Shown here in pieces: positions 37,778 to 47,561 of a DNA stretch of 64,000 nucleotides. Source of the stretch: Gemmatimonadota bacterium (lineage in GTDB: Bacteria; Gemmatimonadota; Gemmatimonadetes; Gemmatimonadales; GWC2-71-9); NCBI GenBank assembly GCA_036679605.1, contig JAZDCZ010000398.1, positions 64,001-128,000 of the forward strand, in the 5' to 3' direction. The notes beneath the pieces are model-generated. The model worked only from the letters and a program-made list of their open reading frames with translations. It did not search any database and was not told where the DNA came from. The position numbers were made by a program, and so were the translations under genes. Every line of letters starts with the position of its first letter. Positions within the stretch are counted from its first letter, which is position 1.

Positions 37778-39030
37778 GCGTTCCGTCGAGCACCCTACGA
37801 CGGATCGCCGAGGTGGTCGGCACGCCTGTCTACGTGTATGACGTTCAAACGATTAGAGAGAGTTTCAGCGAGTTAACCGATTCGTTGAGCGGTGTTCCAC
37901 ACCGGATCTACTATTCCGTAAAGGCGAACAGCAACCTTACAATCTTGCGGCTCATTCGGAGCCTGGGGGCGGGAGCCGATATCGTATCGGGTGGAGAGTT
38001 GGTTAGGGCGTTGAATGCCGGATTCGCGGGCCGAGAGATTGTGTTTAGTGGGGTAGGGAAGACAGAGGAGGAACTGTCGTCTGCTCTCGATGCCAGTGTG
38101 GGGTTGATCAACGTAGAGTCGCAGAGTGAGTTGGCGCTGCTAGGCGACATCGCTAGGTCGAGGCAGGTGACTGCGCAGTTCGGAATCAGGGTCAATCCTG
38201 ACGTCGCTACCGACACGCATACCTACACGCAGACGGGAGAGCGTGGGATGAAGTTCGGTGTTCCTCTCGACGATGTGGTGAAGATGGTACGTTGGAGTGC
38301 TGAGCAAAGGCACCTGGATTTCTCTGCCTTGGGCGTGCACATCGGCTCGCAGATTACCGATGCCCAGCATTACGCAGACGCAGTCGGCAAATTGTTGAGC
38401 CTGTTGCAGCAAATCAAAACCGGTGGAATGGCGGAGCCGCGCTCGCTGGGAATCGGCGGGGGGTTGGGAATCACCTATCGGCAAGATGCTCGACTCGAGC
38501 CGTCTGCATTTGCGGAAGCGGTAAGGCCGCTGTGGGAAAGGTCGCAACTGCCGATCACCTTGGAGCCCGGCAGGTTCTTGGTAGGCAACGCAGGTTTGCT
38601 TCTGACTCGATGTGTACGCACGAAGGAGTCGGGAGGACGGAAGTTCGTGGTAGTAGATGCGGCGATGAATGATTTTCTTCGTCCCAGCCTCTATGGTGCA
38701 GAACACGATATCAGTGTAGTGGGTGCCGAGTCGGGTAACGGTGACTCTCGGTACGACGTTGTCGGGCCGGTGTGTGAGACGGGAGATTTCCTGGGCACCA
38801 ATCGTGACCTTCCGGAAGTAAGAGCCGGGGCACTGATGGCAATTGCCGGAGCTGGAGCCTACGGCTTCACAATGAGTTCGACATACAATTCGAGGCCACT
38901 GGTTGCCGAGGTGATGGTCGATGGAGATTGTTGGGCCGTGATTCGTGCCCGTGAGAGCAGGCAGGATCTCATGAGGGGAGAGATATTCAGCGATGACGAT
39001 TTGTGTTGGGAGACTTGCAGCGAAGCCTAA
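37759..39030 (+). CDS. lysA: Diaminopimelate decarboxylase
   Basis: YSVKANS, HIGSQ, EPGR, GPVCETGD, GAYG; start uncertain. Confidence 0.95.
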   Translation: MGQGVLSVPSSTLRRIAEVVGTPVYVYDVQTIRESFSELTDSLSGVPHRIYYSVKANSNLTILRLIRSLGAGADIVSGGELVRALNAGFAGREIVFSGVGKTEEELSSALDASVGLINVESQSELALLGDIARSRQVTAQFGIRVNPDVATDTHTYTQTGERGMKFGVPLDDVVKMVRWSAEQRHLDFSALGVHIGSQITDAQHYADAVGKLLSLLQQIKTGGMAEPRSLGIGGGLGITYRQDARLEPSAFAEAVRPLWERSQLPITLEPGRFLVGNAGLLLTRCVRTKESGGRKFVVVDAAMNDFLRPSLYGAEHDISVVGAESGNGDSRYDVVGPVCETGDFLGTNRDLPEVRAGALMAIAGAGAYGFTMSSTYNSRPLVAEVMVDGDCWAVIRARESRQDLMRGEIFSDDDLCWETCSEA

Positions 39031-39033
39031 CAA

Positions 39034-40590
39034 ATGAGCAACATCGAGCGTGGCATCATAGTTGTCGACTACGGATCGCAATTTACGCAGTTGATCGCTC
39101 GGCGAGTACGTGAACAAAAGGTCTATTGTGAGATCCGCTCCCCGAACGAATCGGCCGATCAGATCCGGCAGTCGAACCCGCGGGGAATCATCCTGTCGGG
39201 CGGACCCAATTCTGTCTACGACAAAGGGGCGCCACAACTCAGCCCGGGGATAGCTGATCTAGATATCCCTACTCTTGGGATCTGCTACGGCATGTACCTC
39301 ATAGCGTCGGCCGCCGGTGGCGACGTAGAGAGTTCCGGCGAGCACGAGTATGGCCGCGCTGACCTCGAGGTGCTCGGTACCGGTGGCATGTTTGCCGGGT
39401 TCCAAGCAGGTGAGTTGGTGCAGGTATGGATGAGTCACGGAGACCGCATCACGTCCGTGCCGTCGGACTTCAAGGTTACAGGTGCAAGTGCCAACAGTCC
39501 TATTGCGGCGTTCGAGGCGCCTGGGCGCGGTCTGTATGGATTGCAGTTCCATCCCGAGGTCGTCCATTCGATTCGCGGCGGAGAGATGTTGCACAACTTC
39601 CTCTTCTCAGTCTGTGACTGCAAGCCGGACTGGACAGCCGGACATTTTATTACCGAGCATGTCGAAGAGATTCGCAGCCGAGTTGGCTCGAAGAGGGCCA
39701 TTTGCGGTCTCTCCGGCGGTGTAGATTCGGCGGTTGCTGCGGCCCTGGTGCATGAGGCGCTCGGCGATCGCCTCACATGTATCTTCGTGGACCATGGGTT
39801 GCTTCGGCTCGGCGAACGTGAGCAGGTCGAGCGACTGTGCCGCTCCAATCTCGACATCGAACTATTGATTGTAGATGCGGCATCCCAGTTCCTCGAAGGA
39901 CTCGACGGAGTGGACGACCCGGAGGAAAAACGTCGTATCATTGGCCATGCGTTCATCGATGTTTTCGAAGAAACCGCTAAGACGGTCAGAGGGGATGTCC
40001 GTTTCCTGGTTCAAGGAACGCTGTATCCCGACGTCATCGAGTCGGTCTCTCCCCATGGTGGTCCCTCCGCAACGATAAAAACACACCACAACGTCGGGGG
40101 GTTACGGCCCGATCTTCCTTTTGAACTCATTGAACCTCTGCGAGAGTTATTCAAGGACGAGGTGCGTGAGGTCGGGCGGGAATTGGGCCTGCCCGAAGAG
40201 ATGGTAGGTCGCCACCCGTTTCCGGGCCCGGGGTTGGCAATCCGCATAATCGGACCGGTGAGCGATGCTGGACTGGAGATGCTACGCCGGTCGGACGCGA
40301 TCTTTATCGAGGAGATCCGTGAGGCCGGCCTCTATGACGAGATCTGGCAGGCGTTCGCATTGCTGCTTCCAGTCAAATCGGTGGGTGTGATGGGAGATGC
40401 GCGGACGTACGAGAATGTTGTTGCGCTGCGAGCGGTTACGAGTCAGGACGGGATGACAGCCGACTGGTTCCCGTTTTCCGGAGAGGTAATTGGGCGTATC
40501 GCCAACCGTATTATCAACGAGGTCGAAGGCGTGAATCGGGTTGTGTACGACGTAAGCTCCAAGCCGCCGTCGACAATCGAGTGGGAGTGA
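39034..40590 (+). CDS. guaA: GMP synthase (glutamine-hydrolysing)
   Basis: [39 protein letters not shown]. Confidence 0.98.
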   Translation: MSNIERGIIVVDYGSQFTQLIARRVREQKVYCEIRSPNESADQIRQSNPRGIILSGGPNSVYDKGAPQLSPGIADLDIPTLGICYGMYLIASAAGGDVESSGEHEYGRADLEVLGTGGMFAGFQAGELVQVWMSHGDRITSVPSDFKVTGASANSPIAAFEAPGRGLYGLQFHPEVVHSIRGGEMLHNFLFSVCDCKPDWTAGHFITEHVEEIRSRVGSKRAICGLSGGVDSAVAAALVHEALGDRLTCIFVDHGLLRLGEREQVERLCRSNLDIELLIVDAASQFLEGLDGVDDPEEKRRIIGHAFIDVFEETAKTVRGDVRFLVQGTLYPDVIESVSPHGGPSATIKTHHNVGGLRPDLPFELIEPLRELFKDEVREVGRELGLPEEMVGRHPFPGPGLAIRIIGPVSDAGLEMLRRSDAIFIEEIREAGLYDEIWQAFALLLPVKSVGVMGDARTYENVVALRAVTSQDGMTADWFPFSGEVIGRIANRIINEVEGVNRVVYDVSSKPPSTIEWE

Positions 40591-41043
40591 CTAGACGCTT
40601 TTTTCTTGCAGCAGTGCGAGGAACTGCTCGGAGGTTTCGAGCGCAGCCAACTTGTCTGAAATGTCCGGCTCTTTCGCGAACTGGGCTACCTTCCCGAGCA
40701 CTGGGAGATACTGGTTCGAAACCTCGAGGGGTGGAGCCACGATCAGGAACAGATTGAACACCGGCTGATCATCTATGGCTTTGAAGTCCAGTCCGTCCGG
40801 CTTACGGGCAAAGGCCACTCTCAGTCTGCTAACTACAAGCGATCGGCAGTGGGGAATCGCTATTCCATGTCCGATCCCCGTAGATCCGAGGTTCTCCCGC
40901 CGCTTGAGCATCTTATAGAGAATCCCTTCGGACTTCTCATCCAGATCTAGGAGCGCGATCAGCTCTCTCAAGACATCGTCCTTGGTACCGCTGTCGAGCT
41001 GCAGTTTGATGGCATCCGGTGAAAAGAAATCTGTCAGGTGCAT
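40591..41043 (-). CDS. PTS EIIA domain protein (fructose/nitrogen-regulatory type)
   Basis: RRENLGSTGIGHGIAIPHCR; ATG at 41043. Confidence 0.92.
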   Translation of the reverse strand: MHLTDFFSPDAIKLQLDSGTKDDVLRELIALLDLDEKSEGILYKMLKRRENLGSTGIGHGIAIPHCRSLVVSRLRVAFARKPDGLDFKAIDDQPVFNLFLIVAPPLEVSNQYLPVLGKVAQFAKEPDISDKLAALETSEQFLALLQEKSV

Positions 41044-41153
41044 ATCGCCACTTGTGGTTTTCGAATAAGATGGGCGGAAACCTAACCGAACGACGATGCG
41101 GGTGTCAAACGGACGGTTGCCGCTCGTGATTGCTCTCGTTATTCTTTCGCGAT

Positions 41154-42137
41154 ATGACGTTCCCATATCCCGTTGGCCACAAGATTCCGCTCTTTCTCGC
41201 ACCGATGGCGGGTGTGTCCGAGCCTCCGTTCCGGCGCCTCTGCCGGAGTTTCGGCGCGGATGTAGTCGTATCGGAGTTTCTGTCGTGTGAGGGTCTGAGG
41301 AGAGGCATCAAGAGTGTACACGATGGAGCCTATTTCACGCCGGACGAACGCCCGATCGGCATCCAATTGTACGGAGCAGACCCGACAGGTATGGCGGAGG
41401 CGGCCCGACTCGTCACAGAGCACTATGGCCCCAATTTTGTCGATATCAATTTTGGTTGCCCCGTAAAGAAGGTCGTGAAGCGCAACGGGGGGTCGGGGTG
41501 TCTCAAAGACTTAGGGTTAATGCGGCGCATCATCCAGTCGGTGCGGGACGCTACGCATCTCCCGGTGACGGTAAAGGTGAGAAGTGGCTGGGACGAGGCT
41601 TCAAGGGACCCCGTCGAGTTGGCGTTGCGCTGTCAGGACGCAGGGGCGGAGGTTCTGACCATACACCCTCGCACGCGGGCTCAGATGTACAAAGGGGCGG
41701 CCGCGTGGGATGAGATTGCAGCTGTGGTAGACGCTCTCGACATCCCCGTAGTGGGGAACGGCGACATCAAGAGCGCCGAGGATGCTTACGCGATGTGGCG
41801 CCAGACGAAGTGCGCCGGAGTCATGATCGCGAGAGGCTCATTCGGAAATCCATGGATTTTCGAGCGCGCTCGCGCTCTTCTTGTAGGTAAGACGCCGCGC
41901 GCTGCTCATGGGGCTGCAGAGCGATTCGCGGTGGCACTGCGGCATGCTGCTCTACAGCGGGAAATCAAGGGTGACGACCGGAAAACGGCGCTAGAGTTTC
42001 GGAAACACGCTGGCTGGTACACCAAGGGGCTATCAGGCGCGGGTGAGCTTCGCGCGCAGCTTCACCAGATAGAGTCCATGGCGGACGTAGAAGACATCTT
42101 CCGCGACTACCTGAACCCGCGAGTGGTTGCGGTGTGA
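41154..42137 (+). CDS. dusB: tRNA-dihydrouridine synthase
   Basis: LAPMAGV, DINFGCP, TVKVR.GW, HPRT, NGDI. Confidence 0.93.
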   Translation: MTFPYPVGHKIPLFLAPMAGVSEPPFRRLCRSFGADVVVSEFLSCEGLRRGIKSVHDGAYFTPDERPIGIQLYGADPTGMAEAARLVTEHYGPNFVDINFGCPVKKVVKRNGGSGCLKDLGLMRRIIQSVRDATHLPVTVKVRSGWDEASRDPVELALRCQDAGAEVLTIHPRTRAQMYKGAAAWDEIAAVVDALDIPVVGNGDIKSAEDAYAMWRQTKCAGVMIARGSFGNPWIFERARALLVGKTPRAAHGAAERFAVALRHAALQREIKGDDRKTALEFRKHAGWYTKGLSGAGELRAQLHQIESMADVEDIFRDYLNPRVVAV

Positions 42138-43552
42138 CTCCCGTTCTCGAGTTTGCGGTTGTCTTTGGGCTAGGCCTGGCGGTTGGGGCCATCGCGTACG
42201 GCCTGTTGCGCGGAAAGAATCGTGGATCTCCGCCCGACTTTCGCTCCGGTGACATTCCGCATGTGCTGGACCTGCTGCGTCGCGCTCACGGGGCGATCGC
42301 AGTTTGTGCCGTAATGCCGGAGACAGATCCTGTAGTGGCGGACGGGGGTCATAAGGTCTCCAGCACCACCCTCGACAGAGTGGTTGCGCTGGCCAAGTTG
42401 GGCATGGGGGACGGCCGTGTGCATGTCGTCAACGAGGAAGAAACTCTGGTGGCTGTAGGTGATGGGCAAGTCGGTTTGTCGATGCTGCTCGAAGGTTCCG
42501 ATGATGCGGAGCAGTCCGAGTCCGGCGCTGCCGATTTGAGGCGATTGGTGGCCGATTTGCGTGTCCAGAGAAACCGGGGTGCCTCGTTTGGGGGTTCGCG
42601 AGAACTTCGCGAGTGGATGGCTGGCGGTGCCGAGTCGGTGGAGGCCATCTCCGCGGAGGTGTGTGAGGCGGTGAGGGACGCGGTAGGAAGGCCCACGGCG
42701 CTGGTGTTTCGAGATCCGGCAGGTCAGGTAGCGATGGTGATGGCAGCATCGACCGGGGCAGATCGAAGGCTGCTGGGTGCAAAGGTAGAAGCCGATACCT
42801 GTGCAGGCAGGGCTTGTGTCAGTGATGTGCCGATCGTAGGAACCACCTTTCAGGAGCTGTTCGGGTCGATCTTGGGAGACAGAAGGCAGCGGGATGAGCC
42901 GGGCGTGGCCTTTCCACTGCGAGACGGTCGCGAAGGCGTAGGATCCCTCGTCATCCTAGGGTCGACCAAATGGCTGGATTCGCCGATAAGGGAGCGTGTT
43001 GTTTGGCTTTTGGCCAATGCCGGCCCGAGGCTCGGCAGGTCGGTCGCCGTAGAGACAGCAGAGCACCTGGCGCTGACCGACCAATTGACGGGCCTTCCCA
43101 ACCGGCGTGCTCTGGACCGGGCTCTGCACGACCAATCGGACAGGACTGGCTCCCTTCTGTGTGTAGACCTCGACCATTTCAAGAAGCTGAATGACGGGTT
43201 CGGTCATGCGGCGGGTGACGCAGCCCTAAAGCATGTCGCCAAGATATTTAGGCAAGCGTTGAGGGATGGGGACGTCCCGGCGCGCACAGGTGGAGAGGAG
43301 TTCGCGCTGTGGCTGCCAGAAACCGGACAGGACGTCGCTCTAGAGGTCGCCGAGCGCGTGCGGGGGGCAGTGCACCGGTCATGGCTCAAGTGGGCAGGTG
43401 CAGAAGTGAGGCTGACCTGCTCGGTCGGTGTGGCCTCTATCCCCGAGACCGTTGCCCATATCGATAATCTCCTAGCGGCTGCGGATATGGCACTCTACAG
43501 CGCCAAAGAGGCAGGGCGGGACCGGGTAGAGGTGGCCAAGAGCGAGCGTTAG
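42134..43552 (+). CDS. Membrane-anchored GAF-like/GGDEF diguanylate cyclase
   Basis: N-terminal TM; DQLTGLPNRR, DLDHFK.LND.FGH..GD, RDGD I-site, GGEEF. Confidence 0.93.
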   Translation: MTPVLEFAVVFGLGLAVGAIAYGLLRGKNRGSPPDFRSGDIPHVLDLLRRAHGAIAVCAVMPETDPVVADGGHKVSSTTLDRVVALAKLGMGDGRVHVVNEEETLVAVGDGQVGLSMLLEGSDDAEQSESGAADLRRLVADLRVQRNRGASFGGSRELREWMAGGAESVEAISAEVCEAVRDAVGRPTALVFRDPAGQVAMVMAASTGADRRLLGAKVEADTCAGRACVSDVPIVGTTFQELFGSILGDRRQRDEPGVAFPLRDGREGVGSLVILGSTKWLDSPIRERVVWLLANAGPRLGRSVAVETAEHLALTDQLTGLPNRRALDRALHDQSDRTGSLLCVDLDHFKKLNDGFGHAAGDAALKHVAKIFRQALRDGDVPARTGGEEFALWLPETGQDVALEVAERVRGAVHRSWLKWAGAEVRLTCSVGVASIPETVAHIDNLLAAADMALYSAKEAGRDRVEVAKSER

Positions 43553-43563
43553 CCGTTTAAGAT

Positions 43564-43600
43564 TTGCGATGTAGTCATAATGGCTGCATATTGCAGTCAT
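43564..43600 (+). promoter_or_regulatory. Leaderless promoter and operator repeats of the Arc-MNT/HEPN operon
   Basis: TTGCGA-N17-CATATT ending 6 nt before the ATG; three TG(C/T)AG(C/T)CAT units, the middle one inverted. Confidence 0.55.
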
Positions 43601-44114
43601 GGACAAACGCACCATTACGGTTCGGGGTGTTCCGGACTGGGTCTTACGGGTCATCCGAGAGAAGGCCGAGGCCAATCGTCGGAGCCTGAACGGCGAGTTG
43701 CTGGTGATTCTGGAGCATGCCGGGGTCGGGTGCCGGGAGCCCAATGCAGGCGCGTCCCGAGTTAGCGAAGCACCGGCGGAGTTCTATGCAGTAGCCCCGG
43801 AGTGGGCGTCGCCGCAAACCCTCGCAGAATCTGTGAACCACGACGAACTCGCCGCGGTCTGCCGTCGGCACCACATCCAGTGGCTGGCCGTCTTCGGATC
43901 CAGGGCTCGGGGTGATGCGCGATCGGACAGCGACGTGGATGTCGTAGTGGATTTCGAACCCGGAATGACGCCGGGCCTTGGGATTGTGACGGTGGCCGAG
44001 GCGCTGCGGCCGGCGCTTGGCGGATGGCGGGTGGACCTCGTGACGCGAAAGGGCCTCCGGCCTCGCGTCAGCGAACACATAATGGCCACTGCGCTGCCGT
44101 TGTATGGCGTTTGA
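43599..44114 (+). CDS. Arc/RHH DNA-binding domain fused to minimal nucleotidyltransferase (MntA-like antitoxin)
   Basis: ITVRGVP...AEANRRSLNGEL then FGSRARGDARSDSDVDV, VDLV. Confidence 0.88.
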   Translation: MDKRTITVRGVPDWVLRVIREKAEANRRSLNGELLVILEHAGVGCREPNAGASRVSEAPAEFYAVAPEWASPQTLAESVNHDELAAVCRRHHIQWLAVFGSRARGDARSDSDVDVVVDFEPGMTPGLGIVTVAEALRPALGGWRVDLVTRKGLRPRVSEHIMATALPLYGV

Positions 44115-44439
44115 CGATCGTCTGACGCTCGAGCAGATGCTTGACACCGTGCGGCGCATCCGGGCGATTGCACGGGGGCAGACCCGCGACGCGTTCGACG
44201 CCGATGAGGTTTGCCAGCTCGCTATGCTGCACCTCATCCAGGTGCTGGGCGAGGCTGCCAGCCGGACCTCAGCCGACTTCCGTGGCGCGCATCCCGAGCT
44301 TCCCTGGGCGCAGATGATGGGAATGCGCAATCGCATCGTGCACGGCTACGACAACGTAGATCCGGACATCGTATGGCGTGTGGCGACGGAAGATGTTGAG
44401 CAACTGCTGGCAGTGTTGGAGCGGATCGTGACCGGGTGA
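44104..44439 (+). CDS. HepT-like HEPN RNase toxin (DUF86)
   Basis: LGEAA, PW..M.GMRNRIVHGY (Rx4HxY). Confidence 0.93.
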   Translation: MAFDDRLTLEQMLDTVRRIRAIARGQTRDAFDADEVCQLAMLHLIQVLGEAASRTSADFRGAHPELPWAQMMGMRNRIVHGYDNVDPDIVWRVATEDVEQLLAVLERIVTG

Positions 44440-44525
44440 TCCGAAGCCATCGCACGCGGGCGGCGGGTAGAGGTAGCCGGTATGCTTGCCGTTAATCGGT
44501 AGTAGCGGCTAGATTTAGTCCAATC

Positions 44526-44879
44526 GGGGGCGACCGGATTCGACGGATCTGGTGAAAACTCCGCTGCGTGTCCAGGTTCTCAGTCTCCTGGTAAAACAAC
44601 TGGGAAAAAACACAATTGCCAACTCTAACTTGGCTTTGGCTGCGTAAGCATTTGGTGCGCACCTGCTCGTGTCTGCAGCTCGCCTGAGGCGGCGCACGGG
44701 TATCGTAAATTCGGGCTGGCGCCAAGCTTCGCTTTCGGGTGCGGCGTGAGATTTTAGAGAGCTTGTTCAGCGGTTGGATGGCTGCGTGCCTGCCGCTGGA
44801 GACCTTAAAGCGTAGCCTATGCACGTAGATGCGGTCTTGGATCGAGGTTCGGACCGGGGTTCGACTCCCCGCGCCTCCA
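44526..44879 (+). ncRNA. ssrA: tmRNA; tag peptide (A)ANSNLALAA at 44618-44647
   Basis: 5' GGGGGCG pairs with 3' CGCCTCC-A including G3.U70; GGATTCGAC D-loop-like motif; T-arm GGGGTTCGACTCCCC; tag ending LALAA-TAA. Confidence 0.97.
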
Positions 44880-44888
44880 TTTCTGTTG

Positions 44889-47453
44889 TTAGTTCTCGAA
44901 CTTCGCGAGCAACGCTTGAAACCGCGAATGATCACGCAACGGGTCCCAGAGTGGATCGATGCGAAGCACTGGAACGGAAACGACCGAACTAACGCCCGAA
45001 AGTTGCTCCAGAAGATCAACCGCGGCGTCATAGTCCCCGATCAGCATGTAGATCTCGGCCACAGTCGGCCTGAGTGAGAGCCCGGCCGCAATCCGCCTGG
45101 CGTCCTCCGTGTTGCCCAAGTGCGCATACGCGAGACCGAGGTTTTTCGAGGTTCTGTTCGGGTACTGCGAGTTCCCCCGTCGTCCTTCCAGAACCACTCT
45201 CGCCGAGTCGTAGTACGCCTCTGCTTCAGTAGCCCTGAGGTTGCGCCCCGCTGCGTCCGCCCTGGCGAAGTAATACGCCACGCTGTCTGCAGGGTCATCC
45301 AGGGTGCGCCTTTGGATCGCGTCATCGAAGTGGTCGGCGAAGACCCTGAGCACCAGGGCATCGTCGAAGTCCCAGCTCACCAGCATGAAGTTCACGAGAT
45401 CAGCCCGACCCGCATCGGCCTCCACCACCCCTTGCGCGCGTTCGCGGCTTCCGTCCAAGCGCAGATAAAGGAGCATCTTCCAGAAGTAGTTAAAGGGATT
45501 GTCAGGCTGGAGCACGATGCCGCGGTCATAGAGCGCCTCCGCCTCGTCATACCGCCCGGCTGCCATGCGCTGCCCAGCCAGACGCTGGAGGATCCATTCG
45601 GAGCGAGGGTCGAGCTTGAGAGCCGCTTCAAGGGTGGCCGTGGCCTCATCGTCCTTACCCAGTTGGCGCTGACTATCCGCGAGCCGCAGCAGGACAGATG
45701 CGTCATTGGGCCGTGCTTGCCTGGCCGCCTGGAAATGTTGCTCCGCAAGGTCAAGGCGTCGCGTAACCCATAGGTGATAAGCGCCCATTGCCATATGGGC
45801 TGCAGGATGGTCGGGCGCCAGTTGGATAGCTCGCTCGGCGGCGCTCCGTGCTTTGGGCACGGCGTCGGCCTGGCTGAAACTGAGCTCCCAGCCAAGGTAC
45901 GAATACGTTTGCGCCAGCATCGCGTAGGCCTCGACGTACTCCGGATCCGCGGCGACCGCTCGCTCGAACATGTCGGTCGCCAGGCGAACATCCTCTAAGC
46001 GACGGCGATCGCGATTGAAATAGCTCCTCCCTCTCAGGTAATAGTCGTACGCTTCCTCACTGTCCGTGCCCTGCGATGCGAGCAATTCTCGCTCGCGCTG
46101 TGGCAGGACGACGTCCATGCTCGCGGCGATTCGGGTCGCGATCTCGGCCTGGACGCGGAATATGTCTCCGGCCACCAGCTCCGCCGTATAGGCTTTCGCC
46201 CACAGGTGCGTCTCATCGGAGGCCCGGATCAGCTGGGGCGTGATGCGTACCTGCCCGGCTCCCTCGGCTGCTCGGTCCGTCCGCACCGTGCCCTCGAGCA
46301 CGTAATCCAGGTCGAGCTCATTGGCGATCTCTCGAGCTGACAGTGGGCTTCCCACGTATTGAATCGCCGTCTGACGTGCGATGACCCGTAACCCGCTGAA
46401 GTTCGACAGCCTGCTCGTGATCTCTTCGGTCATCCCGTCCGCGAAATAGTTGTCCTCGGAGGGGCTCAAGTTCACGAAAGGCAGTACGATCAGTCGTGGG
46501 ACCGCGTCATGGTTATCTGCTGCGGCGCCGTTACGGCTCAGCATCACCGCGACGGTGGCGATGACGAACAGGACCGCGGCAACAGCGAGTCCGATCCGGT
46601 GCCGTGGCGCGGACGCCGCCAGGGCGGGTGAGTCGGTCACCGGCTCGCGAGGGACGAGGTTCGAGCCTGCTTGCGTCCGGTTGGGCGTCTCGGTGGTCAC
46701 CGAGGCCAAATCCACGATGGCCGGCGCGTTACGTATCTCATGGAGGAGGTTCAGTGTCTCGGCCGCCGGCTCCAGATCGAGCTCGGCACGGAATCGCGCC
46801 TCGAATTGCTCGTATGCGAGGGCTGCGCCACCGCGGTCACCGCTGCTTGCCAGCAGACTCATGAGCGCTCGCACATGAGACTCCTCGAATGGAGCCAGCG
46901 CGAGGGCTCTGCGGGCGAACTCGACCGCCGTCGGGAGGTCCTGCTCCTTCCGTTGCCTGGAGAGCGTCGCTGCCGCCGCCGCCGCCGAGCTACGAAGCGT
47001 GGCGGAGCGTCGGTCCCGCCAGTGGTCGAATTCCGGACATCCGCTCACGTAGAGGTCCTCGACCAGGTCGCCGCGGTACAACTCCAACGCCCTCTCTAGA
47101 TCTCCGGCCGCTACGCTCTGCTCGAAGTCCACCACGTCACATCCGAGCAGGTCGTGGTCGACCACCAGCTCGCGGTCGCCGCGATTGATGACCACGCCCT
47201 CGGCCAGTGAGCGCCGCAGGCGGTGTAGGGCCTGTCGTAGCGCGTTGCTGGCTTCGTCCTCGGTGCGATCGGGCCAGAAGACCCCGATCAGCTTGTCACG
47301 GGAAAGATTGCGTTCGGGATCGACCACCAGATAGGCCAATAAGGCGAGGCGTTTGGGCTGCGCAAGGACCGAGAGTACCTGCCTGCCGTCCGGTGCCGCC
47401 AGATCGAGAGAACCCAGTAACCGTAAGTGAAACAATATCTTGTCCCATCCCAT
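44889..47453 (-). CDS. Membrane-spanning regulator: SARP-like wHTH + BTAD, TM helix, TolB-N-like domain and TPR repeats
   Basis: LRLLG...LLAYL...RDKLIGVFWP...ALRQALHRLRR; LYRGDL; TM IGLAVAAVLFVIATVAVML; VLPFVNLS...YFADGMTEEI; TPRs; DPLWDPLRDHSRFQ; start uncertain. Confidence 0.88.
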   Translation of the reverse strand: MGWDKILFHLRLLGSLDLAAPDGRQVLSVLAQPKRLALLAYLVVDPERNLSRDKLIGVFWPDRTEDEASNALRQALHRLRRSLAEGVVINRGDRELVVDHDLLGCDVVDFEQSVAAGDLERALELYRGDLVEDLYVSGCPEFDHWRDRRSATLRSSAAAAAATLSRQRKEQDLPTAVEFARRALALAPFEESHVRALMSLLASSGDRGGAALAYEQFEARFRAELDLEPAAETLNLLHEIRNAPAIVDLASVTTETPNRTQAGSNLVPREPVTDSPALAASAPRHRIGLAVAAVLFVIATVAVMLSRNGAAADNHDAVPRLIVLPFVNLSPSEDNYFADGMTEEITSRLSNFSGLRVIARQTAIQYVGSPLSAREIANELDLDYVLEGTVRTDRAAEGAGQVRITPQLIRASDETHLWAKAYTAELVAGDIFRVQAEIATRIAASMDVVLPQRERELLASQGTDSEEAYDYYLRGRSYFNRDRRRLEDVRLATDMFERAVAADPEYVEAYAMLAQTYSYLGWELSFSQADAVPKARSAAERAIQLAPDHPAAHMAMGAYHLWVTRRLDLAEQHFQAARQARPNDASVLLRLADSQRQLGKDDEATATLEAALKLDPRSEWILQRLAGQRMAAGRYDEAEALYDRGIVLQPDNPFNYFWKMLLYLRLDGSRERAQGVVEADAGRADLVNFMLVSWDFDDALVLRVFADHFDDAIQRRTLDDPADSVAYYFARADAAGRNLRATEAEAYYDSARVVLEGRRGNSQYPNRTSKNLGLAYAHLGNTEDARRIAAGLSLRPTVAEIYMLIGDYDAAVDLLEQLSGVSSVVSVPVLRIDPLWDPLRDHSRFQALLAKFEN

Positions 47454-47472
47454 GGAGGAGTGCGTGCTCGCC

Positions 47473-47501
47473 AGATAACGCCGGGTAACGGTCCTGTAAC
47501 C
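47473..47501. promoter_or_regulatory. Helically phased direct repeats, candidate SARP/OmpR-type operator
   Basis: TAACG (47476), TAACG (47486), TAACC (47497): 10- and 11-bp spacing in the divergent intergenic region. Confidence 0.5.
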
Positions 47502-47561
47502 GGGCATCGGGACACTTGCTAATCATACGGTCGGATTCGCCGCACCGGAACACCCTCATCC

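Noticed and set aside
38140..39237. 365-aa minus-strand ORF
   Set aside because: Antisense shadow of lysA/guaA
44492..45031. 179-aa minus-strand ORF
   Set aside because: Overlaps tmRNA antisense and the regulator's 3' end; no protein features
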